Source: Candidatus Yonathbacteria bacterium RIFCSPLOWO2_01_FULL_47_33b
GTDB taxonomy: Bacteria > Patescibacteriota > Minisyncoccia > Phycocordibacterales > UBA1550
Assembly: GCA_001823575.1 (NCBI GenBank)
Contig: MHUW01000016.1
Span: 2,099 to 66,098, forward strand
DNA length: 64,000 nucleotides
Reading direction: 5' to 3'
The notes beneath the pieces were generated by a model. That model was not told the origin of the DNA. It did no database searches and saw nothing but the letters and a program-made list of their open reading frames with translations. Position 1 is the stretch's first letter; the number at the start of each line of letters is the position of its first letter. Positions 1 through 7,981 of this stretch are shown here, one piece after another. The translations under genes and the position numbers were made by a program.

Positions 1-481
1 TGTCCAGCTCGTCTTTTACTACTGGGGCGACGACTGCTTCTTCGGCTACTACTGCAGGTGCCTCTTCCTCTGCAACCTCTGCTAACATTTCTGTATCGCG
101 TGATTTTGCGTTTGATGAAGGGAATTTCTTTGAGATGAAGGTGTTCTCGCGAGGTGTCTTTACGACAAGATAGCGAAGCACATTATCATCCTTTTTAAGC
201 TCTTCCTCGAGGGTGGCAATATCTGAAGGTGTGGCCTCAAACTTGATCCATCCAAAGTATGCGTCGTCGAAACGCTTGTTCTTGTGCTCGACCGTTTTCA
301 CGATCTGATAGGCGAGGTCAATGAAGACCGGAAGTTCCTCGGCAATAATGTCCTTGGAAATCCGTTCGATCATGCCACGCACGGCTCCCGACGCTGCGGG
401 GATTTGCTCCTCTGCAAGGGTCGGAACAAGATGGTAGCCTAGCTCGTAAACGCGAGGCTCCGTGTGTTCATTATGATCCAT
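1..481 (-). CDS. rpsF: 30S ribosomal protein S6, partial (C-terminus runs off window start)
   Basis: Minus-strand ORF with ATG at 479-481, not in the ORF track because it is truncated by the window edge. Translation MDHNEHTEPRVYELGYHLVP...GMIERISKDII...YLVVKT with an acidic C-terminal tail resembles the S6 fold and length. Confidence 0.55.
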   Translation of the reverse strand, partial: MDHNEHTEPRVYELGYHLVPTLAEEQIPAASGAVRGMIERISKDIIAEELPVFIDLAYQIVKTVEHKNKRFDDAYFGWIKFEATPSDIATLEEELKKDDNVLRYLVVKTPRENTFISKKFPSSNAKSRDTEMLAEVAEEEAPAVVAEEAVVAPVVKDELD

Positions 482-550
482 ATTTTTCAATTTTGGGGTT
501 TCCCCCGTTAACCTAGTAACCCGTGTATCCTACCAGACAAAGGGAAGGAA

Positions 551-587
551 GTCAAAATCCCCTAGGACCGTCCTAGGGGATTTTGAC
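551..587. terminator. Perfect hairpin with 17-bp stem (gtcaaaatcccctagga/tcctaggggattttgac) and 3-nt loop
   Basis: Inverted repeat read directly. It lies between the tatD stop and the rpsF start. Confidence 0.5.
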
Positions 588-603
588 GATAGGTCGTCAA
601 CGA

Positions 604-653
604 CCCCTAAAACAGCAAATTCTCGCTATCGCGAGAATTTGCTGTTTTAGGGG
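604..653. terminator. Long perfect-palindrome hairpin (~23-bp stem, cccctaaaacagcaaattctcgc ... gcgagaatttgctgttttagggg)
   Basis: Inverted repeat read directly. It is the second of two tandem hairpins downstream of tatD (minus strand). Confidence 0.55.
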
Positions 654-685
654 CACATAATTTACGAGGGATCGGTCTTCGTAAA

Positions 686-1510
686 TTATGAATGTAGTGT
701 AATATTGAAGACGCGGAGGGCGTTCTGGACTGTAGCGGCGCGGACGGTTTCGAAGTCTTCACCGCGAATCTCGGCAATCTTTTTTACGACTTCTTCAACA
801 TAGATAGGCTCATTACGGCTCCCTCGATACGGCATCGGAGCAACATACGGAGAGTCTGTTTCCGTCATAATGCGCTCAAGGGGTGTCAGCCGAATAACCT
901 CATCGTACTCGCGACTAAAGGTAATAACCCCTGTAAATGAAATAGTGAAGTCGAGAGCGAGGTACTCACGAGCAATATCAAATGTTTGTGAAAAGAAATG
1001 CACGTTTCCTCGGAGGCTTGCCCCTGCTTCTTTTTTCTTTTCTCGCAAGATTGCCAAAATATCACGATGGGCATCCGCGAGCGCCTTGTCGCTGTCGCGA
1101 CAATGAATCATGAGGGGGAGGTCATGTGCAAGCGCAAAGTTGATTTGTGCTTCAAAAAGTTTGCGCTGACGGGCTTTTTCAGCGTCAACATCAGGGACAT
1201 CAGAAAGACGTGAATAATCAAGACCACACTCGCCCATCGCAACAACACGCTTCCCTTTTACAAGCTCGTCAAAAAAAGGTTCAAGAAAACGCGCTTCCTT
1301 GTCGTCGATCGGATGTACACCAATACAAGCAAAAACCCCTTCATCAACAAATGACGCCATCATTGCAGAATCCTGAGAGCTTTTGAAATCGGTTCCGACC
1401 ATAATAGTCGCAACACCTTTTTCCTGAAGACGTTCAAGTACCGCGTTGCGATCCTCGTTAAACGCTGCGTCCCATACATGTGCATGAATATCAAAAAATC
1501 TTGGTGTCAT
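686..1510 (-). CDS. tatD: TatD-family metal-dependent hydrolase/DNase
   Basis: 274 aa with TatD hallmarks: N-terminal FDIHAHV, internal GECGLDY and HCRD motifs. Confidence 0.85.
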   Translation of the reverse strand: MTPRFFDIHAHVWDAAFNEDRNAVLERLQEKGVATIMVGTDFKSSQDSAMMASFVDEGVFACIGVHPIDDKEARFLEPFFDELVKGKRVVAMGECGLDYSRLSDVPDVDAEKARQRKLFEAQINFALAHDLPLMIHCRDSDKALADAHRDILAILREKKKEAGASLRGNVHFFSQTFDIAREYLALDFTISFTGVITFSREYDEVIRLTPLERIMTETDSPYVAPMPYRGSRNEPIYVEEVVKKIAEIRGEDFETVRAATVQNALRVFNITLHS

Positions 1511-1515
1511 TGGGG

Positions 1516-1546
1516 TAGTTAATAGTTAATAGCCAATAGTCATTAG
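1516..1546. repeat. Five tandem 7-nt units each starting with TAG (tagttaa tagttaa tagccaa tagtcat tagggta) in the metG-tatD spacer
   Basis: Exact 7-nt phasing of TAG at 1516, 1523, 1530, 1537 and 1544. Shares the 10-mer CTATTGGCTA (minus strand) with the ileS-recO spacer. Confidence 0.5.
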
Positions 1547-1561
1547 GGTAAATAAACACTC

Positions 1562-3127
1562 CTACTCCTTGCGCATAAAAAGCGGCTCGGTAGGAACATG
1601 CGAAGCAAACACTCGCTCCCCTTCCTTTTCTGAAGCGCCAAGGAGGGCCTTGATCTTTGCAGCAGTATCTGGCAAAAGTGGCGTAATCATGTCTGCAACT
1701 TCGGTGATGCCATACAATACACTCCAGATAACCTTTTCTGCTGCATCTTTGTCGGTTTTTACGAGCTTGAACGGTTCGTAGTCGGCAATATACTGATCAA
1801 GAGAGCTGATGAGCTCCCAGACCGCGTCTGAGGCCTTGTTAATCTCATAGGCGCGCATGTGAGCATGGTAGCGAGGGAGAATATCATTGGTAATGATATA
1901 GGGAACAGTAAGGCCTGCAAGGTCACCCACCACGGAAACCTCGGTAATACGAGTACGCAAAGGAAGAGCTGTCGCAACACTACCCGTTACCTGCCCTCCA
2001 AAATACTGCTCTGCCATTTTAAGAGTACGAGAAACAAGGTTTCCCAGTCCGTTGGCAAGGTTTGCATTGTAGGCTTCTTTGAATTTCTCGGGAGTAAGGT
2101 CCCAATCCTCGGTCGGAGTCACCTCGCGCGCAAGATAATATCGGAGAGCATCAGCGCCGTATCCGTCGATAAAATCGTGCGGTTTGAGTACGTTACCAAG
2201 CGTCTTCGACATCTTTTTACCACCCGATGTTACGAACCCGTGCACCAAAAGTTCTTTAGGGAGCGGGAGCTTTGCAGAAAGAAGCATCGCTGGCCACAGG
2301 AGCGCGTGGAATCGCACAATGTCCTTGCCGAGCACTTGCACGTCCGCAGGCCAAAAGGTATCGAAAAGTGTTTCGTCTTCGCGACCGTACCCGAGCGCAG
2401 AAATATAGTTTGAAAGCGCGTCACACCAGACATACATAAGCTGACCAGGGTCATTGGGGACAGGGATGCCCCACGGAATAGAACCTTCGGGACGTGAAAT
2501 ACTCACATCAGCAAGCGTCTTTTCGCTTCCCTCCCCACCAAACAACGCTATCATTTCATTTGCACGCGTCTGGGGGGTTACTTTTAGCTCGCTACTTTCA
2601 AGAAGTCGCTTGAGTTCGGGGGCATGCTTCGAAAGTTTGAAAAAATAATTTTCCTCTTTAATGTGGTCAGGGGCGGTATCGTGGTGTGGACACTTGCCAT
2701 CAACCAGCTCTTTCTCGGTAATAAACGCTTCACAACCAACACAGTAGAGCCCTTCATAGACACCCTTGTAAATATCCCCCGCCTCCTCAAGTGCTTTCCA
2801 AAGTTTTTGTGCTCCCGGCCAGTGCGACTCCTTGTCTGAAGTACGAATGAACGCGTCATTTGATATCGCAAGCTTTTTCATAAGCTCTTGGGCTTTTGCA
2901 ACATTGTTGTTCACAAATGCTTGAGGCCCTAAACCTTCTTTTTGTGCAGCACGAACAATCTTTTCTCCGTGCTCATCAGAACCGGCAAGAAAAAACGTCT
3001 TGTCCCCTATTCCCCGATGATACCGCGCAATAATGTCAGAAAGAACGAGCGTGTAAGTATGCCCGAGATGCAACTCTGCGTTTGCATAAAAGATTGGGAT
3101 AGTGAGGTAAAATTTTTTTTCTTCCAT
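1562..3127 (-). CDS. metG: Methionyl-tRNA synthetase (minimal form without C-terminal extension)
   Basis: 521 aa class I aaRS. Has the HLGH signature (ELHLGHTY), KMSKT (KMSKS-type) and a CVGCEAF...CPHH zinc knuckle typical of MetRS. Confidence 0.85.
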   Translation of the reverse strand: MEEKKFYLTIPIFYANAELHLGHTYTLVLSDIIARYHRGIGDKTFFLAGSDEHGEKIVRAAQKEGLGPQAFVNNNVAKAQELMKKLAISNDAFIRTSDKESHWPGAQKLWKALEEAGDIYKGVYEGLYCVGCEAFITEKELVDGKCPHHDTAPDHIKEENYFFKLSKHAPELKRLLESSELKVTPQTRANEMIALFGGEGSEKTLADVSISRPEGSIPWGIPVPNDPGQLMYVWCDALSNYISALGYGREDETLFDTFWPADVQVLGKDIVRFHALLWPAMLLSAKLPLPKELLVHGFVTSGGKKMSKTLGNVLKPHDFIDGYGADALRYYLAREVTPTEDWDLTPEKFKEAYNANLANGLGNLVSRTLKMAEQYFGGQVTGSVATALPLRTRITEVSVVGDLAGLTVPYIITNDILPRYHAHMRAYEINKASDAVWELISSLDQYIADYEPFKLVKTDKDAAEKVIWSVLYGITEVADMITPLLPDTAAKIKALLGASEKEGERVFASHVPTEPLFMRKE

Positions 3128-3156
3128 AAAATAAGATAAATAACGAATGAGCAGCC

Positions 3157-4221
3157 TTACGCGGCAAGGTGCTTCTTTTTCTCTATATCGTCCACAAGCT
3201 CCATAATAGCGGCAATGACCGGGACCGAAATGAGAATACCGAGGAACCCAGCGAGCTCAGCGCCAACGATAAGGGCAAGGATAACGAGAATTGGGGGGAC
3301 GCCGACAATCTTGCGCACCACAAGCGGGTAAATCAAGTGACTTTCAAACTGTTGAACAAGGAGGTAGAACCCGGTGATGATGAGAGCAAGGCTTGTTCCT
3401 CCTGATGAGAAGGCCAGGGCGACGGCTGGAATCGCGGCAATAATTGGCCCAAATACAGGGATGATTTCAAGAATACCCGCAAGTAAAGCAAGGAGGAGTG
3501 CGTACGGGATACCAAATATCGTGAGCCCCAAATATACCAAAATAAAGATAAGCACCCCGAGAAGGAGCTGGCCTTGCATCCACTTACCAATCTTTTCTTT
3601 TGATCGTTCCCAGAGGTTGATTGCGTAATCTTCTTTTCCAAAAGGAATAACAATCTTTAGGAAGTTCTCGATACCACGCTCTTGCATGGCAAAATAAAAT
3701 GAGAGAACAACAATAAGCACAAAGCTGAACAGTCCTCCAAATACCGACCCTGCCGTCGTCGCGAAACCTTGTGATGAACGCATAATATTACTCATGGTCA
3801 CCAAAAGCTCGCTGGCTGGTGCTCCTGCAGAAAACTGAGTGAGGAGGAGTTCCCCCTTCTTCATTATTCCATCGTTCCCCATAAAGATATCGGGGGTAAC
3901 TTCACGAGCCACTCCAGGAAGCCTGTTCGCAAAATCATACACCTCCCCCAAGAGTGGCGGTACAAATGCATAAAAAAGACCGACAAAAAGCCCGGTAAGG
4001 GTCACGTAAACGCCGAGCACGGCAGGAATACGATGAACGCGATACTTACCCAAGAATTTTACCGCTGGCTCGATAGAGGAAGCGAGTACGACCGCGGTCA
4101 GAATGACAAGTACGAGATCACGCAAAAGGTAAAGAGCCCAGAAACCCACGAGTATGGCGATTCCTTTTACGATAGTACCTGCAGTGATTGAAATGATCGT
4201 GTCTTTTTCGCGATTCGGCAT
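3157..4221 (-). CDS. AI-2E family (UPF0118/PerM-like) transporter
   Basis: 354 aa polytopic membrane protein with the architecture and conserved C-terminal region of AI-2E family transporters. Confidence 0.65.
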   Translation of the reverse strand: MPNREKDTIISITAGTIVKGIAILVGFWALYLLRDLVLVILTAVVLASSIEPAVKFLGKYRVHRIPAVLGVYVTLTGLFVGLFYAFVPPLLGEVYDFANRLPGVAREVTPDIFMGNDGIMKKGELLLTQFSAGAPASELLVTMSNIMRSSQGFATTAGSVFGGLFSFVLIVVLSFYFAMQERGIENFLKIVIPFGKEDYAINLWERSKEKIGKWMQGQLLLGVLIFILVYLGLTIFGIPYALLLALLAGILEIIPVFGPIIAAIPAVALAFSSGGTSLALIITGFYLLVQQFESHLIYPLVVRKIVGVPPILVILALIVGAELAGFLGILISVPVIAAIMELVDDIEKKKHLAA

Positions 4222-4263
4222 ATACTGATATACTACACGATTTTTTCTGGTTTTGCGAGGCTA

Positions 4264-5535
4264 TTAATTTAAGACTAAAACCTTCTTGAATTCCTCGCCA
4301 TCCTTGGCTGGCCCAATAAGGGCGAGGTTGAGATTCTTTTCGGTAAATATTTTGCGTGCCATCATGCGAATATCCTCCGCGGTTACCGCGCGAATGAGGC
4401 GCTCTTTTTCTTTCGGCGTACGAATATCGCGACGCATAACCTCTTGTATGCCATAATACTCAGCAAGGTCGTCCGACGACTCAAGGCCAAGATACATCAT
4501 GCCTACGAGGTGTTCTTTTACTTTAGCGATTTCTTCGTCCGACACAAGCTCATGTTTGAGTGTTTCAAATTCTACAAGAACCGCCTGAAGCACCTCCTCC
4601 ATACGTGCATTAGCAACTCCCGCTGAAACTGAAAAGTAGCCATGGTCAGTAAACGCCGTGTTTCGTGCGTTCACATAGTATCCTACCCCCATCTCATCAC
4701 GGAGCTTGCGGAAAAGGCGCGAGGACATACCACTGCCGAGGATACCACTGAGCACTGAAAGTATGGGGTTGCGCTCGTCGTAAATCGGGAATGTGCGCAC
4801 GCCGAGAATAAAGTGTGTCTGATCGGTCTCTTTGTGTACTGCCGCAATTGCCGGCGCTACCTGCTTATCTATCGTTTTTTTCTTGCCGCCTTTCTTCCCT
4901 TCAGTGACACCTTTAAATTTTTTAGCGATATCTTTGAATGCTTGTGCGGCATCGATGTTGCCGGTCACGATAACCGTTGTCGCCAGTGCGATGTAGTGCG
5001 CTTTGCGGTAGGCAAGAAAATCCTTGCGCGTCATTGCGCGGACCACCTCGCGCTCCCCCGCTATCGGCCACCCCGCTGGTTGGTCGCCATAGAGAAGCGT
5101 CATCCATACCTCGTGTACTTTGCGCATAGGGAGATCGTCGTACATATTGATCTCATCCACAATCACGCCTTTTTCTTTTTCGATCTCATCATCCTTAAAA
5201 AGCGGATTGAGGTAGAGGTCAGCAATGACATCGAGGAGCTTCGGAAAATCGGCTGCTTTGCCTTTTGCGTAGTAGCCGGTGTATTCCTGCCCGGTAAAGG
5301 CATTGTATTCACAACCGAGTCCGTCGAGCTCTTTGGAGAGGTCGCTCGTGTTCGGGCGGTTGGTCGTCCCCTTGAAACACATATGTTCGAGGAAGTGCGA
5401 GAGGCCGTTCTTTGCCTTCGTCTCATATTTTGAACCCGTCTCAACGAGTACCAACACGGTTACGGTCGGATTGTCCGCCATCGGCACCGTAATCATACGC
5501 ATGCCATTGGGTAATGTTTTTTTCTTGAATTTCAT
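4264..5535 (-). CDS. M16 family zinc peptidase (insulinase/pitrilysin-like)
   Basis: Inverted zinc-binding motif HFLEH (SHFLEHMCFKGT) near the N-terminus. About 420 aa. Start chosen at MKFKKKTLPNG. Confidence 0.8.
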   Translation of the reverse strand: MKFKKKTLPNGMRMITVPMADNPTVTVLVLVETGSKYETKAKNGLSHFLEHMCFKGTTNRPNTSDLSKELDGLGCEYNAFTGQEYTGYYAKGKAADFPKLLDVIADLYLNPLFKDDEIEKEKGVIVDEINMYDDLPMRKVHEVWMTLLYGDQPAGWPIAGEREVVRAMTRKDFLAYRKAHYIALATTVIVTGNIDAAQAFKDIAKKFKGVTEGKKGGKKKTIDKQVAPAIAAVHKETDQTHFILGVRTFPIYDERNPILSVLSGILGSGMSSRLFRKLRDEMGVGYYVNARNTAFTDHGYFSVSAGVANARMEEVLQAVLVEFETLKHELVSDEEIAKVKEHLVGMMYLGLESSDDLAEYYGIQEVMRRDIRTPKEKERLIRAVTAEDIRMMARKIFTEKNLNLALIGPAKDGEEFKKVLVLN

Positions 5536-5584
5536 ATGTTGGCAGTGTAGCACAAACCCCTCCCTATAAACAAAATCTTAATCG

Positions 5585-5618
5585 TCATGCAAAACAAGTC
5601 ATGACTTGTTTTGCATGA
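5585..5618. terminator. 34-nt perfect palindrome (tcatgcaaaacaagtca|tgacttgttttgcatga)
   Basis: Read directly. Intergenic, between the M16 peptidase start and the next gene stop. Confidence 0.4.
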
Positions 5619-5635
5619 CAGTAGGGCAAAAGAAA

Positions 5636-5660
5636 AACGGCTCAAAAAACTGAGCCGTTC
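5636..5660 (-). terminator. Hairpin aacggctca-aaaaa-ctgagccgtt overlapping the stop of the 5659..6021 gene
   Basis: Inverted repeat with A/T-rich flanks. Shares the sequence gaaaaacggctc with the hairpin at 6087-6111. Confidence 0.5.
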
Positions 5661-6021
5661 AAGGTGGGAGTGCGATCTTTTCAATCAGAACTCCCTGGGT
5701 AAGCATCACGTAAAGCCCATGAACCTCTTCAACATCCATCGACTTAAGGTCGACAAAAACATCGAGATATCCTCCGGGAATCACCGGAACATTCCCGCCA
5801 TTTAAAGAGGCGAGCCGACGTATGTGTCCACAATCGTCCCTTCCCCAATAACCATCGAGAAGTGCTGAGATCCTTATGCCGAGATCAAGACGTGCAAGGA
5901 CCATGGGGTACGTGTGCAAATTCTGAGCGCCGAAATGTATTGCGTGCTTGACCTCAATACGAAGAGGTGTTCCTGGAGGAATATCCAGGAACGGCAGTCC
6001 GTCAAGACAGATGATGTTCAT
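5659..6021 (-). CDS. Hypothetical protein (120 aa)
   Basis: Clean ORF between two terminator hairpins. No family recognised by eye. Confidence 0.4.
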   Translation of the reverse strand: MNIICLDGLPFLDIPPGTPLRIEVKHAIHFGAQNLHTYPMVLARLDLGIRISALLDGYWGRDDCGHIRRLASLNGGNVPVIPGGYLDVFVDLKSMDVEEVHGLYVMLTQGVLIEKIALPP

Positions 6022-6086
6022 TACGTTCTCCTAAAAAGTTGTCTTCCCCCACCTTAGCGTCTTTTGCAGGGTGTGTCAAAAAGAAA

Positions 6087-6111
6087 AACGGCTCGAGAGT
6101 ATCGAGCCGTT
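6087..6111 (-). terminator. Hairpin aacggctcga-gagta-tcgagccgtt followed by a T-run
   Basis: 10-bp perfect stem, 26 nt downstream of the 6137..6523 gene stop. Confidence 0.55.
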
Positions 6112-6136
6112 TTGAGAGACAGAATCCGCTAGGGTT

Positions 6137-6511
6137 TTATTTGGGAACAAAGAACCGGTCGTTGCCGCTCCCTTGGACGGAGAAGTGAACGAAGGAGCCT
6201 GCTGACCCAGAGCTCCCACACATGAGGACGCAACCATTCTGGTCACGCAGAATAGCAACGGAGCTCTGATTATTGAATTTCGCAACATCCACCACCTTGT
6301 AAATCTCACGCGGGAGTTCGTTTTCAGGAATGGCGCGACCAAGCCACGTTTGCCTTCCCTCCTCTTTGCCAAACTGGACAGCAGCCGAAAGCGTAGGGAA
6401 ACCGAAGATTACGGCGGGAATCAGCAGGAGCCATGTTTTTGAATAAATTGCAAGAACAGCCACTAGCAAACTCACTGCAAACAGGCACCCTGCCAGAAAA
6501 AGCTTATTCAT
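6137..6511 (-). CDS. Hypothetical small membrane-anchored/secreted protein
   Basis: N-terminal hydrophobic segment (MNKLFLAGCLFAVSLLVAVLAIY). Start uncertain (6511 or 6523). Confidence 0.4.
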   Translation of the reverse strand: MNKLFLAGCLFAVSLLVAVLAIYSKTWLLLIPAVIFGFPTLSAAVQFGKEEGRQTWLGRAIPENELPREIYKVVDVAKFNNQSSVAILRDQNGCVLMCGSSGSAGSFVHFSVQGSGNDRFFVPK

Positions 6512-6564
6512 ACATACCTCCAAGAGTTATTAAAAGACCAAAGAATCCAAACCTCTAAAACCTA

Positions 6565-7872
6565 CTAAAGTATAGCAGTTTTTAGGTAATTTGTCAATTC
6601 GCTGACGGGGAGGCGCTGTTGCGTGCCGGTGTCGCGGTCGCGGACCGTAACGGTGTCCAAAAGCTCGGGGTTCTCACCCAGCGTGTCGAAGTCGATGACG
6701 ATACAGAATGGCGTGCCAATCTCGTCCTGGCGGCGGTAGCGCTTGCCGACGTTGCCGTTGTCATCCCACATTATTTGCGGGACCTCTTGCTTGAGCATTG
6801 CGTACACGGCGCGTGCTTTTTCGACGAGCTCGGGCTTGTTCTTGAGGAGGGGCGAGACCGCAGCTTTAATTGGTGCAACGCGGGGATGAAGTTTTAGATA
6901 GGTACGCGTTTCGCCTCCCATTTCGTCCTCGGTATATGCCGAAAGAAGTACGGCGAGGAGGGTACGGTCAACACCAAACGACGGCTCGATGACGTGTGGC
7001 ACGGTACGCTCCCCTGTCGCTTCCTCGAAGTACGAGAGGTCAACTTTGCTTGCCTCGGCGTGGCGTGAGAGGTCAAAGTTCGTGCGGTATGCAAGACCAT
7101 ACAACTCTTTCTGTCCAAATGGATAATCAAATTCGAAATCAATAGTACGCTTGGAATAATGCGCGAGATCCTCGGGTGCAATCTCTACCTCATGCGTGCG
7201 AGCGCGGTCAATACCGACGAGCTCAAGCCATGCATTCATTGCCACGCGCCATTCTTCGAACGCACGCTGCCAATCATTTTCTTTTACAAAATATTCAATC
7301 TCCATCTGCTCGAGCTCGCGCAGGCGAAAGATAAAGTCACGCGGCGTGATTTCGTTACGAAAGGCTTTACCAATCTGCCCGAGACCAAACGGGAGCTTGG
7401 GATGGAACGAGTCCACCACATTTTTAAAATTAACAAACATCCCCTGCGCCGTCTCGGGGCGAAGGTATGAGGTCGCCGACGAGTCCTCCGTCGCGCCAAC
7501 TTTGGTCGAGAGCATCATATTGAACTGACGCTCGGGTCCTAAAGCACCACCACACTCAGGACACTTTGTTTTATCCTCAAGATGGTCGGAACGGAAACGA
7601 CGCTTGCATTTAGTGCATTCAACGAGAGGATCGGCAAAGCCGGCAACGTGTCCGGTTGTCTCCCATACACGAGCATTCATGAGGATTGCCGCATCCATAC
7701 CATACATATCATCGCGGCCATCCACAAACATCCTCCACCAGAGGTTTTTAATATTGTTTTTGAGCGCAATACCAAGAGGGCCGTAGTCGTAGGTGCCGGC
7801 GAGACCACCGTAAATCTCGGAGCCTTGATAAATAAAGCCGCGTCGCTTGGCGAGCGAGATGAGCTTTTCCAT
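6565..7872 (-). CDS. glyS: Glycyl-tRNA synthetase, class II homodimeric (archaeal/eukaryotic-type)
   Basis: MEKLISLAKRRGFIYQGSEIYGGLAGTYDYGPLG is a canonical GlyRS N-terminus. Class II motifs follow. Start trimmed to MEKLIS; upstream M codons at 7893 and 7995 are possible alternative starts. Confidence 0.85.
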   Translation of the reverse strand: MEKLISLAKRRGFIYQGSEIYGGLAGTYDYGPLGIALKNNIKNLWWRMFVDGRDDMYGMDAAILMNARVWETTGHVAGFADPLVECTKCKRRFRSDHLEDKTKCPECGGALGPERQFNMMLSTKVGATEDSSATSYLRPETAQGMFVNFKNVVDSFHPKLPFGLGQIGKAFRNEITPRDFIFRLRELEQMEIEYFVKENDWQRAFEEWRVAMNAWLELVGIDRARTHEVEIAPEDLAHYSKRTIDFEFDYPFGQKELYGLAYRTNFDLSRHAEASKVDLSYFEEATGERTVPHVIEPSFGVDRTLLAVLLSAYTEDEMGGETRTYLKLHPRVAPIKAAVSPLLKNKPELVEKARAVYAMLKQEVPQIMWDDNGNVGKRYRRQDEIGTPFCIVIDFDTLGENPELLDTVTVRDRDTGTQQRLPVSELTNYLKTAIL

Positions 7873-7892
7873 CGTTTCTGGAGGGTAATTCA

Positions 7893-7980
7893 TACAAGTC
7901 TTAAAGTCAAAAGTCTTAAAGTCAAAAGCTGGTGCAAATGCATTTACTTTATAGACTTTAGACTTTTTAACTTTTAGACT
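7893..7980. promoter_or_regulatory. Quasi-palindromic 88-bp intergenic element containing a perfect 15-bp tandem repeat (gtcttaaagtcaaaa x2 at 7898-7927) and an opposed tagact-rich arm
   Basis: Read directly. The central aaatgcattt palindrome is flanked by arms that are approximate reverse complements. Sits in the glyS upstream region. Confidence 0.35.
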
Positions 7981-7981
7981 G

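Noticed and set aside
7898-7927. Possible mini-CRISPR (tandem 15-bp repeat)
   Set aside because: Only two directly adjacent units with no spacers and no cas genes. It is a simple tandem duplication.
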